Part shown: positions 28,699-39,210 of the stretch, in pieces
How positions within the stretch are numbered: the first letter of the stretch is position 1
Layout of the letters: the number at the start of each line of letters is the position of its first letter
Origin: an uncultured Holophaga sp.
Lineage (GTDB): Bacteria > Acidobacteriota > Holophagae > Holophagales > Holophagaceae
NCBI GenBank assembly: GCA_963664825.1
Contig: OY761614.1
Span: forward strand, 1,344,001 to 1,408,000
Direction of reading: 5' to 3'
Length of the DNA stretch: 64,000 bases
The notes under the pieces: model-generated
What the model was told of the DNA's origin: nothing
Database searches by the model: none
Seen by the model: the letters and a program-made list of their open reading frames with translations, nothing else
Translations under genes and position numbers: made by a program

Positions 28699-29598
28699 TC
28701 AGTAGCGGGGGTCTCGCCCGTTTTGCCCACGATGGGCGGCCCAGACTCCGTGCCAAGCCGCCCGAAGAAGACTCGGCTTCCCCTGGAAGATCCGCATTTG
28801 AAAGACATATAAGGCGATGCAGAGGCGTTCCAGGGAACCGCGAGGGTGCAGCTCCCTGTGCAGCAGGAGGCGATTCCGAGCGCTATAGAAGGCTTGCAGT
28901 GGGCTGCGTTTCCCCACCGTGCGGGCGCTGCGGTGGAGGATCTGGAGATCGGCGAGGACGATGGGAAGCCCGAGGGCATGGATCCTCCGACACCAAGCCG
29001 CATCCTCCCAGTAAAGGAAATACCCCCTGGGCCAGGGACCAATGCGCCCCCAGGCCTCCCGGGACACAAGCATCGATGCTCCACTCAAGGTTTCACGAGG
29101 TTCGAGCTGACGGCACCCAGGAGGCAGAGCCATCCTGTGGGAACCAAGCCCGCGGCAGAACCACCCGTCCATGCGATCGGCCCCCTGCCGCCGCCGCCCG
29201 TTGACCTGGTGCGTCCCCCAGAGGCCCACTTCCGGGTGGGCCTTCGCAAGGTTCAGAAGAGGCGCAAGGGTCGGGCCCTCCAGCACGGCATCGTTGTTCA
29301 GGAACCACACGGCTGGCGCCCCTTGGGCGAAGGCGAACTCCGCCCCCCGGTTGCACCCACAACCAAAGCCGGGATTAGTGAAATCCTCCAGGATCGTCAG
29401 GTGCGGATGGGCACCCTCCAGGCTGCGCCCGAGGCCCGGCCCTGGGCCATGATCCACCACAACCACGGCGTGGGGTTCGGCCTCGATCTCGCGCAAGGAT
29501 TCCAGACACCTGCGCGTCAACTCCGGCGAACCGTAGTGGATCAACACCACCGTGGGCAGAGCCCCGTCAGAGGCCTGGAATTCATGCAAGAATATCAC
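28699..29598 (-). CDS. GT2 glycosyltransferase (rhamnosyltransferase-like)
   Basis: NPGFGCGCNRG, FLNNDA, SGASMLV, YFLYWEDAAWC; divergent from rml operon. Confidence 0.88.
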   Translation of the reverse strand: MIFLHEFQASDGALPTVVLIHYGSPELTRRCLESLREIEAEPHAVVVVDHGPGPGLGRSLEGAHPHLTILEDFTNPGFGCGCNRGAEFAFAQGAPAVWFLNNDAVLEGPTLAPLLNLAKAHPEVGLWGTHQVNGRRRQGADRMDGWFCRGLGSHRMALPPGCRQLEPRETLSGASMLVSREAWGRIGPWPRGYFLYWEDAAWCRRIHALGLPIVLADLQILHRSARTVGKRSPLQAFYSARNRLLLHRELHPRGSLERLCIALYVFQMRIFQGKPSLLRAAWHGVWAAHRGQNGRDPRY

Positions 29599-29631
29599 CT
29601 CAAGACGAAGGTAGCGCCAACCGGGGGGGAC

Positions 29632-30381
29632 ATGCGAGTCAAAGGTGTTGTTCTAGCGGGTGGCACGGGTTCCCGCCTCTTCCCCCTCACGAAGGTGACC
29701 AATAAGCACCTGCTGCCGGTGGGATACGCGCCCATGATCTGGCATCCCGTGTGGAAGCTTAAGGAAGCTGGCGCCGAGGAGATCCTCATCGTCACCGGCA
29801 CCGAACACATGGGGGCCGTGGTGCAGTGCCTGGGGTCCGGCAAGGACTTCGGATGCCGCTTCACCTACAAGGTCCAGGACGAGGCCGGCGGCATCGCCCA
29901 GGCCCTGGCTCTTGGAGAAAATTTCGCAGGCGGGGATTCCCTCTGCGTCATCCTGGGGGATAACGTCTTCCAGGATAGCCTGGCGAACGAATTCCAGGCC
30001 TTCGAGCGCCAGGGCGCGGGCGCCCGCATCCTGCTCAAGCCCGTCTCCGATCCCCACCGCTTCGGCGTCGCCGAAGTCGTGGGCGACAAGGTGGTGGGCA
30101 TCGAGGAGAAGCCCAAGGCTCCCAAGTCCAATCTCTCGGTGACGGGCATCTACTTCTACGACCCTCAGGTCTTCGATATCATCCGCCGCCAGAAGCCCTC
30201 GGGCCGGGGCGAAATGGAGATCACGGACGTGAACAACGCCTATATCGAGAAGGGCCGGATGAGCTTCGGCACCTTCCAGGGCTGGTGGTCCGACGCGGGC
30301 ACCTACCCCAGCCTCTCCCATGCCAATGAACTCGCCCTCGGGGAGGCCATGCCCTTCCCGGATATCCCGAGGAAGATCTGA
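29632..30381 (+). CDS. rmlA: Glucose-1-phosphate thymidylyltransferase
   Basis: GVVLAGGTGSRLFPLTKVTNKHLLPV, EEKP, RGEMEITD, WSDAGT. Confidence 0.93.
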   Translation: MRVKGVVLAGGTGSRLFPLTKVTNKHLLPVGYAPMIWHPVWKLKEAGAEEILIVTGTEHMGAVVQCLGSGKDFGCRFTYKVQDEAGGIAQALALGENFAGGDSLCVILGDNVFQDSLANEFQAFERQGAGARILLKPVSDPHRFGVAEVVGDKVVGIEEKPKAPKSNLSVTGIYFYDPQVFDIIRRQKPSGRGEMEITDVNNAYIEKGRMSFGTFQGWWSDAGTYPSLSHANELALGEAMPFPDIPRKI

Positions 30382-30881
30382 TGGAATTCAAGAAGGGCCC
30401 CATTCAAGGGGTCAAACTGACGCCTCTCAAGAAGTTCGTGGACGAGCGGGGCTGGCTGGCGGAGATCTTCCGGCACGACGAGCTGGAGCCTGAATTCCAC
30501 CCGACCATGTCCTACGTGAGCGTGACGCTGCCCGGCGTGCTGCGTGGGCCCCACGAACACGTGGACCAGGCGGATCTCTTCGCCTGGGTGGGCCCCGGGG
30601 ACTTCAAGCTGACACTCTGGGACAACCGTCCCACGAGTCCGACCTACCTGAACCGCATGGAACTCTGCCTGGGCATCAACAATCCGGGCTCCGTGGTGGT
30701 GCCCAAGGGCGTGGTGCACTGCTACCGCTGCGTGAGCCAGGAACCCGGCTTCGTCATCAACTGTCCCAACCAGCTCTTCGCCGGGGAAGGCAAGAAGGCG
30801 CCCATCGACGAAATCCGCCACGAGGATGATGCCGAGAACCCCTTCGTGCAGGACGAACTGGCCCGCAGGGTCCGCCCCTGA
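30381..30881 (+). CDS. rmlC: dTDP-4-dehydrorhamnose 3,5-epimerase
   Basis: DERGWLAE, GVLRGPH, WDNRPTSPT, VPKGVVH. Confidence 0.9.
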   Translation: MEFKKGPIQGVKLTPLKKFVDERGWLAEIFRHDELEPEFHPTMSYVSVTLPGVLRGPHEHVDQADLFAWVGPGDFKLTLWDNRPTSPTYLNRMELCLGINNPGSVVVPKGVVHCYRCVSQEPGFVINCPNQLFAGEGKKAPIDEIRHEDDAENPFVQDELARRVRP

Positions 30882-31732
30882 TGCGCGTCGTCGTCGCAGG
30901 GGGAAGCGGCCAGCTGGCCCGGGCGATCCGGGAAACCTGGACCGGTCACGAGTTGATTTTCCCGCCGGAAACGGAACTGGATCTCTCCCGCCCGGAAACC
31001 ATTCAGAAGGTGCTCCGGGAACTCCAGCCCCAGATCCTCCTCAACTGCGCCGCCTTCACCCAGGTGGACCGCTGCGAGGCCGAAGAGGCCACGGCCGCCC
31101 TCATCAATGGCAGGGCCGTGGGCTGGTTGGCGGAGGCCTGCGATGAGCTGGGCGCCAAGCTCGTGCAGATCAGCACGGACTACGTCTTCGACGGCATGGG
31201 CGCCCGGCCCTACAGGGAGAGCGATCCCACAAATCCCGTTTCGGCCTACGGCCGCACCAAGCTCCTGGGGGAGCGGGCTGCTCTCTCTGCAAGGCGCCAT
31301 CTGGTGGCCCGCACGGCTTGGCTTTTTGAGGCCTGGGGCAAGAACTTCTTCCTCACCATGGTGAACGCTGGCCTTCAGGGCCGCGCCCTGCGTGTGGTGG
31401 ACGACCAGAGGGGCACGCCCACCAGCTGTCGGGCCCTGGCCCGCCAGCTGCAGGCGGCCGTGGAGGAGGACTGGCAGGGGCTGGTGCATGTCACCTGCTC
31501 GGGTGAAACCACCTGGCACGACTTCGCCGCGGAGATCTTCCGCCAGACGGGCATCCAGGCCCATCTCAGCCCCTGCGCCAGCACCGAATACCCCACACCC
31601 GCCCGCCGTCCCGCTTATTCCGTGCTGGATGGTAGCCATCGCAGTGAACTGGGCACGGACCGGATGCCCCCATGGCAGGACGCGCTGGAAGAAGTGGTCC
31701 TGGCGTGGCGACAACCCGAACCCAAGGTCTGA
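30881..31732 (+). CDS. rmlD: dTDP-4-dehydrorhamnose reductase
   Basis: GGSGQL, AAFTQVDRCE, ISTDYVFDG, YGRTK, VVDDQRGTPT, PARRPAYS. Confidence 0.95.
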   Translation: MRVVVAGGSGQLARAIRETWTGHELIFPPETELDLSRPETIQKVLRELQPQILLNCAAFTQVDRCEAEEATAALINGRAVGWLAEACDELGAKLVQISTDYVFDGMGARPYRESDPTNPVSAYGRTKLLGERAALSARRHLVARTAWLFEAWGKNFFLTMVNAGLQGRALRVVDDQRGTPTSCRALARQLQAAVEEDWQGLVHVTCSGETTWHDFAAEIFRQTGIQAHLSPCASTEYPTPARRPAYSVLDGSHRSELGTDRMPPWQDALEEVVLAWRQPEPKV

Positions 31733-31742
31733 AGAGGCACCC

Positions 31743-32726
31743 ATGGCAGAAACCATCCTCATCACGGGCGGCGCCGGTTTCATCGGTTCGAACCTCGTCC
31801 ACCGCTGGCACCGGGAGCATCCCCAGGATCGCATCCTGGTGCTGGACAAGCTCACCTACGCCGCCGATCGCACCCAGATCGAAGGCCTTGAAGGGGTCGA
31901 ACTCGTCGTTGGCGACGTGCAGAACCTGGAGCTGGCCCGGCACCTCATCGAGCGCCACGGCGTGAGGAAGCTCTTCCATCTGGCCGCGGAAAGCCATGTG
32001 GACCGCAGCATCACGGGGCCCGCGGAATTCATCCAGACCAACGTGGTGGGCACCTTCTCCATGCTGGAAGCCGCCCGCCAGGCCTGGGCGGGCGACACGA
32101 ACTGTCGCTTCCTGCACATCAGCACCGACGAGGTGTACGGATCCCTGGGTGAGACGGGCAAGTTCTCGGAAACGATGGCCTACGCCCCCAATAGTCCCTA
32201 CAGCGCCAGCAAGGCCAGTAGCGACCATCTGGTGCGGGCCTATCACCACACCTACGGCCTGAATACCGTGACGACCAATTGCTCCAATAACTACGGTCCC
32301 CGCCAGCATCCGGAAAAGCTCATTCCCCTGGCCATCACGCGCATGGCCAAGGGCGAGCCCATCCCCATCTACGGCGATGGCCAGAACGTGCGGGACTGGC
32401 TATTCGTGGAGGACCACTGCGCGGCCCTGGAGTTAGTGATGCTGAAGGGCGTCAGTGGCGAGACCTACTGCGTGGGGGGCGATAACGAGCGGACGAACCT
32501 GGAGCTCATCGATCTGCTCTGCGATTGCGTGGACCAGCATCTGGGACGAGCCCAGGGCACGAGCCGCAGGCTCAAAACCTTCGTAAAGGACCGGGCGGGA
32601 CATGATAGGCGGTATGCCATTGACGCGGGCAAGATCCAACGCGAGCTGGGATGGCACCCTGCCCATTCCTTTGCCGAGGCCCTCCAGGCCACCGTGGCCT
32701 GGTACCTTCCGGCCGGGAATCGCTGA
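31743..32726 (+). CDS. rmlB: dTDP-glucose 4,6-dehydratase
   Basis: TGGAGFIGSN, AAESHVDRSI, STDEVYG, SPYSASK, DRAGHDRRY. Confidence 0.96.
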   Translation: MAETILITGGAGFIGSNLVHRWHREHPQDRILVLDKLTYAADRTQIEGLEGVELVVGDVQNLELARHLIERHGVRKLFHLAAESHVDRSITGPAEFIQTNVVGTFSMLEAARQAWAGDTNCRFLHISTDEVYGSLGETGKFSETMAYAPNSPYSASKASSDHLVRAYHHTYGLNTVTTNCSNNYGPRQHPEKLIPLAITRMAKGEPIPIYGDGQNVRDWLFVEDHCAALELVMLKGVSGETYCVGGDNERTNLELIDLLCDCVDQHLGRAQGTSRRLKTFVKDRAGHDRRYAIDAGKIQRELGWHPAHSFAEALQATVAWYLPAGNR

Positions 32727-32776
32727 GACCCCATGATCAAACACAGGCCAAGGGCCACATCCATCCGGGGGATTCG

Positions 32777-34918
32777 ATGACTCAGGCCTTGCCAGGGCCC
32801 TGTGGGGTGGAGACTTCGAAACTGTCCCGGGAGTGGGCGCGCATCCTGCGCCAGATTGATGATGCCGTTTCTTCATTAATGTCCTACCGCTTCCGGCGCA
32901 GGTTCCTAAAACCACTCCGGCAGCGCGTCAAACATTTTGAATCCATTCCGCCCCAGGAGCTCCCTTCCAAGGTCAGCCAGGCCTTCGCCTCTGCCCCTAT
33001 GACCGCACCTCGATTCAGCGTCATCATCCCGGTCTTCAATAAATTTGAATTCACGGCGAGATGCCTGCTGTCCCTGGCTGAACTTGTCCAGAAGGAGCCC
33101 TTCGAGATCATCGTTGTGGATGACGGTTCCAGCGATCAAACGAAACCGACGCTCTCCGGGCTATCGGGGCTCCGTTTCCACAGAAATCCCGCGAATCTCG
33201 GCTTCGTGGATTCTTGCAATGTCGGGGCCCGGATGGCCACCGGAGAGTATCTGGTCTTCCTCAATAACGACACACTGGTTACCCCAGGCTGGATCGAAGC
33301 CCTCGAGCAGACCTTCCATGCCCGCGAGGACTGTGGTTTGGTGGGCTCGATGCTCATCTATCCAGACATGACCCTCCAGGAGGCCGGAGGGATGGTCTTC
33401 CGGGACGGATCGGCCTCGAACCGAGGAAAGGGCCGGGATATCGGCGATCCCGAATTCAATTACCTTCGCCCCGTCGACTACTGCAGTGGAGCCTCGATCA
33501 TGATCCGCGCCGAGCTGTTCAAGCAGATCGGAGCATTCGATACCCGCTATCGACCCGCCTACTACGAAGACACGGATCTAGCCTTTGCGGTGAGGCGCGC
33601 GGGTTTCCAGGTCTACTACCAACCAGCCTCAAAGGTGATCCACTTCGAGGGGGTCACCGCTGGGAAAAAGACCTCCCACGGCGTGAAGGCCCATCAAGTG
33701 ACCAATCGCCTCCTCTTTCTTGAGAAGTGGACGGAAACCCTGTCACACCAACCCAAGCGGCAGGACCCACGGGATACCCAAGACCACGCGGGAGGAATCC
33801 TAGTCCTCGACCATAAGATTCCCAAACCCGACCGGGATTCCGGCTCCCTGGACATGTTCAATGCCCTGCGGATCATGACCAAACTGGGCTATCAGGTGGA
33901 TTACCTGCCGCTCGCACGACCCGAATATGCTTCCCAGTACACGGAATTGCTTCAGCAGGAAGGGGTCCGCTGTCTGTACCGACCTTATTTCCGAAGTCTC
34001 AAAAAACATCTCAAAAAAAAACATAGCTACGACTTCGTATTCATTTCACGCATCAAGACCATCCAAAAAAGCTTCGACCAAGTTCGGAAGTGGGCCGCTG
34101 AGGCCAAGATCATCTTCAACACCGTAGACCTGAACTTCCTGCGGGTGGGCCGACGAGCCACAGTCGAACAAAGCCGACGCCTCGCCCGTAAGGCAGAGAA
34201 ATATCGCGTGGCCGAACTCCATTACCTCAATCACGCCGATGCCAGTATCATCATCAGCCCGGTGGAGCGGGACCTGATCTCCCCGGATATCGACCCCAGC
34301 AGGATCGAGATCATCCCCCTGATCCGGGAATTCCCATCGGTCAGGGCCTCCTTTCGGGGGAGTCAGAACATTGCGTTCATCGGACATTTCACCCATCGTC
34401 CGAACGTGGATGCCATGCAGTTCTTCCTCTCCGAGATATGGCCCACGCTCAAGTCCAGGATGCCCGGTGTGCGATTCGATATCATCGGCCAGGGTTTCCC
34501 ATCGGAACTCTCTCCGCTGGTGGATGATTCCGTCAAGATCCACGGCCTGATCCCGGATCTGGATGCCCTTTTCCCCACGCTCAGGCTATGCGTCGCTCCG
34601 CTCCGCTACGGAGCTGGCCTCAAGGGGAAACTCGCCACTTCACTGGGCTACGGCGTTCCCAGCGTCGTCTCGCCGATAGCCATCGAAGGCATGGGACTCC
34701 TGCACGGCCAGCACGTACTCGTGGCCGACAGCCCCGGCAGTTGGATCCAACAGATATTCGAGCTCTACAACGACCAGGAACAGTGGGAGAAAATTGCAGA
34801 TGCCGGCTTAGCCTTCGTCGAGGGCCAATACTCAATGGCCAGGAATACGGAACGTTTCCAGGCCTTGTTTCAGAAACTGAAACCCGTCGTTGGAATTCAG
34901 GCATCTCTTCGTATGTGA
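32777..34918 (+). CDS. Bifunctional GT2 + GT4-like glycosyltransferase
   Basis: SVIIPVFN, VVDDGSSD, FLNNDT, YYEDTD; C-terminal HRPNVDA, APLRYGAGLKGK; start uncertain. Confidence 0.9.
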   Translation: MTQALPGPCGVETSKLSREWARILRQIDDAVSSLMSYRFRRRFLKPLRQRVKHFESIPPQELPSKVSQAFASAPMTAPRFSVIIPVFNKFEFTARCLLSLAELVQKEPFEIIVVDDGSSDQTKPTLSGLSGLRFHRNPANLGFVDSCNVGARMATGEYLVFLNNDTLVTPGWIEALEQTFHAREDCGLVGSMLIYPDMTLQEAGGMVFRDGSASNRGKGRDIGDPEFNYLRPVDYCSGASIMIRAELFKQIGAFDTRYRPAYYEDTDLAFAVRRAGFQVYYQPASKVIHFEGVTAGKKTSHGVKAHQVTNRLLFLEKWTETLSHQPKRQDPRDTQDHAGGILVLDHKIPKPDRDSGSLDMFNALRIMTKLGYQVDYLPLARPEYASQYTELLQQEGVRCLYRPYFRSLKKHLKKKHSYDFVFISRIKTIQKSFDQVRKWAAEAKIIFNTVDLNFLRVGRRATVEQSRRLARKAEKYRVAELHYLNHADASIIISPVERDLISPDIDPSRIEIIPLIREFPSVRASFRGSQNIAFIGHFTHRPNVDAMQFFLSEIWPTLKSRMPGVRFDIIGQGFPSELSPLVDDSVKIHGLIPDLDALFPTLRLCVAPLRYGAGLKGKLATSLGYGVPSVVSPIAIEGMGLLHGQHVLVADSPGSWIQQIFELYNDQEQWEKIADAGLAFVEGQYSMARNTERFQALFQKLKPVVGIQASLRM

Positions 34919-35424
34919 ACGCGTATCCTCTCCCGGATGGCCTCCAGGAGTTCCGGGAGGGGGTGAGCGCGGGAGCGGGCGCAGGCGTGGGCGGCTTCCC
35001 CGCAGAGGAGGCAGAGCCGGGGTGGAAGGTCCAGGAGCCTGCGGGAGAGGGAGCCCTGCTCGGGATCGATCACGTCCAGATCCCATAGGCGCCCCAGGGC
35101 ATGGGTATCCTCCAGGCCGACGGTGGCACGCTTGAGCTCCAGCGCATCCGCATCGACTACCAGGAGCGCCTCGGGGCCCGTGGGGTCCAGGCGCAGTTCC
35201 CGACTTAGCAAAGGCCATTTCCGGCGGTCCAGGAGGACTTCCAGGGCGCCCAGGGCCCCATCCATGAGAAGCCTCGCCTCCGGGGAATCCTTGACGGGCC
35301 CCGGCATCACGAGGCTGATGGACACCAGGGGCCTCCGGAAGGCCTCCAGAGCCTGCCGCTGGAGGAGGACCCGGCGTTCGCGGTTCGCCAGGACCTCCTC
35401 CAGTTTGACTGTGGTTTCCCTCAG
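34897..35424 (-). CDS. citX: Apo-citrate lyase phosphoribosyl-dephospho-CoA transferase; probable CTG start
   Basis: LEEVLANRERR, SLVMPGPVKDS, TGPEA, LGRLWDLDV, CLLC...ACARSRAH. Confidence 0.9.
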   Translation of the reverse strand: MRETTVKLEEVLANRERRVLLQRQALEAFRRPLVSISLVMPGPVKDSPEARLLMDGALGALEVLLDRRKWPLLSRELRLDPTGPEALLVVDADALELKRATVGLEDTHALGRLWDLDVIDPEQGSLSRRLLDLPPRLCLLCGEAAHACARSRAHPLPELLEAIRERIRVHIRRDA

Positions 35425-36947
35425 GGTTTCACCTGGCGGACGACATCGATGACGCTCCCATCCCGGTAGTGGATGATGCCCACGACCTTGTCCAGGAATT
35501 CGATGGGCGCGGGTTCCCCGGTGATGGAGACGGCGCGCTCGTAGAGTTCCTGGATCGTCATGACCGGAAGCCCCGCCGCCCGCAGGCGCGCCTCCACCTC
35601 GGGGCGGTTGGGGTTCACGGCGATGCCGTGATCCGTCACCAGCACTCCGATGCAGGGCCCCGGGGTCACGAGGGTCGTGACCCGCTTCACGACGGTGGGG
35701 ATGCGCCCCCGGATCAGGGGCCCCACCACGATGGAGAGGTTGGCAGTGGCGGCCACATCACAGTGGCCGCCGGAGGCGCCCATCATGAGCCCATCGGAAC
35801 CCGTCACCACATTCACGTTGAAGTCGAGATCGACCTCGAGAGCGCTCAGGATCACCACGTCCAGGCGATCGCAGTGGGTGCCCTTGGAACTGGGGTTGGC
35901 GTATTCGTTGGCGCTGACCTCGATGTGATCCGGGCTGGTGCGCAGGGATTCTATGGCATCCCCGTCGAAGCACTGCACGTCCAGCAGCTTGCCGATGAGG
36001 CCCTTCTTGTGTAGATCCACGATGCCGCCCGTGATGCCCCCCAGGGCGAAGCTGGCGGTGATGCCCTTGGCGCGCATCTTCTGCTCCAGGAAGCGCACCA
36101 CCGCGGTGGAAGCGCCGCCGGAGCCGGTCTGTAGCGAGAAGTCCTGCTCGAAGTACCCGGAGTGTTCGATCACGTTCGCGGCGTGGCGGGCGATCAAGAG
36201 ATCCCGGGGGTTCTTCGTCACGCGGGCGGCACCCACGCTGATCTTGGAGGGATCGCCCACCTGGTCGACCTTCACGATCCAATCCACCTGGTCCTGGCTG
36301 ATGCTGGCCGGGGCGTGGGGGAAGGGGAGGATCTCCTCCGTGAGGAGGATCACCTTATCCGCGAACTGGGCGTCCACCTTGCCGTAGCCCAGGGAGCCGC
36401 AGTGGGACTTGCCGGAAACGCCATTGGCATTGCCGAAGGCGTCGCAGGCCGAGACTCCCAGGAAGGCCACGTCCAACTTCAGTTGGCCCGACTTGATCAG
36501 GTGCACGCGCCCGCCGTGGGAGTGGATGTGGATGGGCTGCTCCATCAGGCCGTTGGAGATGGCCTTGGCCAGCTCGCCGCGCATGCCCGAGGTGTAGATC
36601 TTGGTGATGACGCCAGCCTTGATGTGCTCCACCAGGGGCGCATTGCAGGTGAGCAGGGAGGATGAAGCCAGGGTGAGGTTCTTGAAGCCCATGCGGGCAA
36701 GGGTATCGACCACCCGGTTGATGACCTTGTCGCCTTCCCGGAAGGCGTGATGGAAGGAGATGGTCATGCCGTCCTTGAGGCCCGAGCGGCGGATGGCCTC
36801 CTCCAGGGAGTCCACGAGCTTGCGATCCAGCTTCTCCTTGGGGTCCTTCAGGTAGGGCGTGTGCGTCGCGTAGTCCCGGAAGCGCTCCAGCCCCTGGAGG
36901 CAGGCGTCCTGGAGATCGAGGGTGCGTTGGTTGTTGTTCATGATCAC
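35421..36947 (-). CDS. citF: Citrate lyase alpha subunit (citrate:acetyl-ACP transferase)
   Basis: [48 protein letters not shown]. Confidence 0.97.
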   Translation of the reverse strand: MIMNNNQRTLDLQDACLQGLERFRDYATHTPYLKDPKEKLDRKLVDSLEEAIRRSGLKDGMTISFHHAFREGDKVINRVVDTLARMGFKNLTLASSSLLTCNAPLVEHIKAGVITKIYTSGMRGELAKAISNGLMEQPIHIHSHGGRVHLIKSGQLKLDVAFLGVSACDAFGNANGVSGKSHCGSLGYGKVDAQFADKVILLTEEILPFPHAPASISQDQVDWIVKVDQVGDPSKISVGAARVTKNPRDLLIARHAANVIEHSGYFEQDFSLQTGSGGASTAVVRFLEQKMRAKGITASFALGGITGGIVDLHKKGLIGKLLDVQCFDGDAIESLRTSPDHIEVSANEYANPSSKGTHCDRLDVVILSALEVDLDFNVNVVTGSDGLMMGASGGHCDVAATANLSIVVGPLIRGRIPTVVKRVTTLVTPGPCIGVLVTDHGIAVNPNRPEVEARLRAAGLPVMTIQELYERAVSITGEPAPIEFLDKVVGIIHYRDGSVIDVVRQVKP

Positions 36948-37831
36948 TTCCCCGCTTCCATGCGAATGCCGGAGGTCTTCGCGAGCTGCAGCGTGCGCCT
37001 GGCGCTATTGACCACCGGGGCGTCCACCATCTTCCCGTTCAGGGAGACCACGCCCAGGCCCTCCCGCTCGGCCTTTTCCGCGGCCTCGACGATGCGCTCG
37101 GCCTTGGCCACCTCGGCGGCCGTCGGCGCATAGGCGTTGTGGAGGAGCTCGATCTGGCGGGGGTTGATGAGCGACTTGCCGTTGAAGCCCAGGCGCTTGA
37201 TGAGTTCGACTTCCTTGAGGAAGCCCTCGTCGTCGTTGACGTCCGAATAGACCACGTCGAAGGCGTCGATCTTGGCGGCCCGGGCCGCGTGGAGGAGGGC
37301 GCAGCGGGCATAGAAGAGCTCGGTGCCGTCCCCCCTGGAAGTCTGCATATCCACCACGTAATCGAAGCCCGCCAGCGCGATGGAATCCATGCGGGGGCTG
37401 GAGGTGGCGATGGAGACGGCGTTGACCACTCCCGAGGCCGATTCGATGGCGGCCATCAGCTTGGTGGATCCCACGGCCCGGCCGCATTCCCGCTCGATGC
37501 GCTCCACGTGGCTCTCCAGCTCCTGGATATCCTCGGCGCGATCGGTCTTGGGCAAGCGGATGATCTCGGCGCCTCCGCGCACGGCGGCCTCCAGATCCAG
37601 CAGCCCGTAGGGCGTATCCAGGGGGTTGATGCGCACCACCTTCTCGATGCCGTCATAGACGGGGTTCTGGATCGCATGAAACACCAGGAGACGGGCCGTG
37701 TCCTTTTCCCGCAGGGCCACCGCGTCCTCCAGATCGAACATGATGGAATCGGGCTTATGCACGAAGGCCGTGCTGAGCATGGCGGCGTTTGAGCCCGGGA
37801 TGAAGAGCATGCTGCGTCGGATCTTGCTCAT
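36944..37831 (-). CDS. citE: Citrate lyase beta subunit
   Basis: [48 protein letters not shown]. Confidence 0.96.
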   Translation of the reverse strand: MSKIRRSMLFIPGSNAAMLSTAFVHKPDSIMFDLEDAVALREKDTARLLVFHAIQNPVYDGIEKVVRINPLDTPYGLLDLEAAVRGGAEIIRLPKTDRAEDIQELESHVERIERECGRAVGSTKLMAAIESASGVVNAVSIATSSPRMDSIALAGFDYVVDMQTSRGDGTELFYARCALLHAARAAKIDAFDVVYSDVNDDEGFLKEVELIKRLGFNGKSLINPRQIELLHNAYAPTAAEVAKAERIVEAAEKAEREGLGVVSLNGKMVDAPVVNSARRTLQLAKTSGIRMEAGK

Positions 37832-38118
37832 GCCAGGGTCCTCCAGTTCAGTTCCCCACCCTCGGTGCCGCGCAGGACTGCCGCCTGCACCCGGGCGCGG
37901 ATGGTGCAATCCAGGGCCCCCTTGTCCTCGATGACGATCTGGCCGCCGGTGACGCCCTGCTTCTGCAGGGTCTCCTGGACCACCTTCCGGATCTGGGCGC
38001 CGAACTGGCGCATCACTTCGCTGGAAATGACCACCTCCAAACCCACGCCCGGAGAGACCTTCACCAGCAGGTCGTTGGACTCCAGCGTCCCCGCCATGGC
38101 TTCCTTTACGATTTCCAT
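37828..38118 (-). CDS. citD: Citrate lyase acyl carrier protein (gamma subunit)
   Basis: [26 protein letters not shown]. Confidence 0.96.
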   Translation of the reverse strand: MEIVKEAMAGTLESNDLLVKVSPGVGLEVVISSEVMRQFGAQIRKVVQETLQKQGVTGGQIVIEDKGALDCTIRARVQAAVLRGTEGGELNWRTLA

Positions 38119-38177
38119 CCATCCCACCTCATGCTTTTGGCCCCTCGGGACCTGGATTACGGGAGCGCCTTTTGCGC

Positions 38178-39197
38178 CTAGGTGCAAGGGGCATACTTGA
38201 TCCGCAGGCGCGCCAGGGTTGTCGCAGGCACCAGGGAGGCCATCGCCTCGAAGTCGCCCAGGGCCAGCAGACGCCTCACTTCCGAAGCCGATACGGGCCG
38301 CCCGGCCACCTCCAGGCGAGGCACCTCCACGACCCGGATGGCCGGGCCTGGGCCCTCCTCGGCCTCCAGCCAGCGATGCATATCCTCGTTGTACTTTCGC
38401 GTGAGCCCGCAGAAGGGCTCGGTGCCCACGAAGCGATGGGTGATGCCCAGGGCCGGAGCCAGATACTGGCGGAACATCAAGAGATCCATGGCCGTGCTGC
38501 AGGCCTCCACCGCGCAGGCATCCTTGATGAAGTAGCTGGGGAAGGTGGCCTTGGAGATGAGATAGCGGGAGCCCTCATGCACCGTGAGGCGCTCCAGCCC
38601 CCCAAGCCCCTGGCGCACCAGATCCAGACGATCCTCGTAGGCGATGGCCGAGGCGTCTTCCCCGACCACGAAGACGTGCAGCCAATCGCAATTCTGAAGG
38701 GCCTGGCGCACCAGATGGAGATGGCCCAAGGTGAAGGGATTGGCGTTCACGACCACGGCCCCCCCTTCCCGTTTCAGGAGCCGCAGGCTATCGCAGTAGG
38801 CCCGGATGCCGACGGGCGTGTTCTCCATGAGGCAGGCCTGGCCAGGCACTTCCACCAACTCGTGGAAGCCGCAGCCCCGGAAGAGGGCGGCATTCGAAGG
38901 CTTGGTATAGAGGAAGAGATGGGCCTGGCCCCGCTCCAGGGCCAGATGGACCAGCTCGTTCATGAGCCTCAGGGCCAGATTGGCGCCGCGATGCTCGGCG
39001 TCGATGGCCACGCACTTGACGACGCCCTCTGTGAGCCCGGCGCAGGCCACGAGGCGCGCACCGGCCCGTCCCACCACGAAGACCTGGATGCCCGGCTCCA
39101 GGTCCAGGCCGCTGGCGGCGAGAAGGACCTTCAGCTCCGCCGCCCCTCGGGAATCCTCCCGGGGGACGAGGGTGCCGAATTCCACTTCCTCTTCCAC
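38178..39197 (-). CDS. citC: [Citrate lyase] ligase
   Basis: GNAT-like N-terminus; VVNANPFTLGH, ISKATFPSYF, RFVGTEP, VSASEVR. Confidence 0.96.
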   Translation of the reverse strand: MEEEVEFGTLVPREDSRGAAELKVLLAASGLDLEPGIQVFVVGRAGARLVACAGLTEGVVKCVAIDAEHRGANLALRLMNELVHLALERGQAHLFLYTKPSNAALFRGCGFHELVEVPGQACLMENTPVGIRAYCDSLRLLKREGGAVVVNANPFTLGHLHLVRQALQNCDWLHVFVVGEDASAIAYEDRLDLVRQGLGGLERLTVHEGSRYLISKATFPSYFIKDACAVEACSTAMDLLMFRQYLAPALGITHRFVGTEPFCGLTRKYNEDMHRWLEAEEGPGPAIRVVEVPRLEVAGRPVSASEVRRLLALGDFEAMASLVPATTLARLRIKYAPCT

Positions 39198-39210
39198 GAA
39201 GCGGTCCTCT

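Noticed and set aside
32733..32780. 15 aa mini-ORF ending on the glycosyltransferase ATG
   Set aside because: No duplication or hairpin; any ATGA start creates such a stop, so chance is sufficient.
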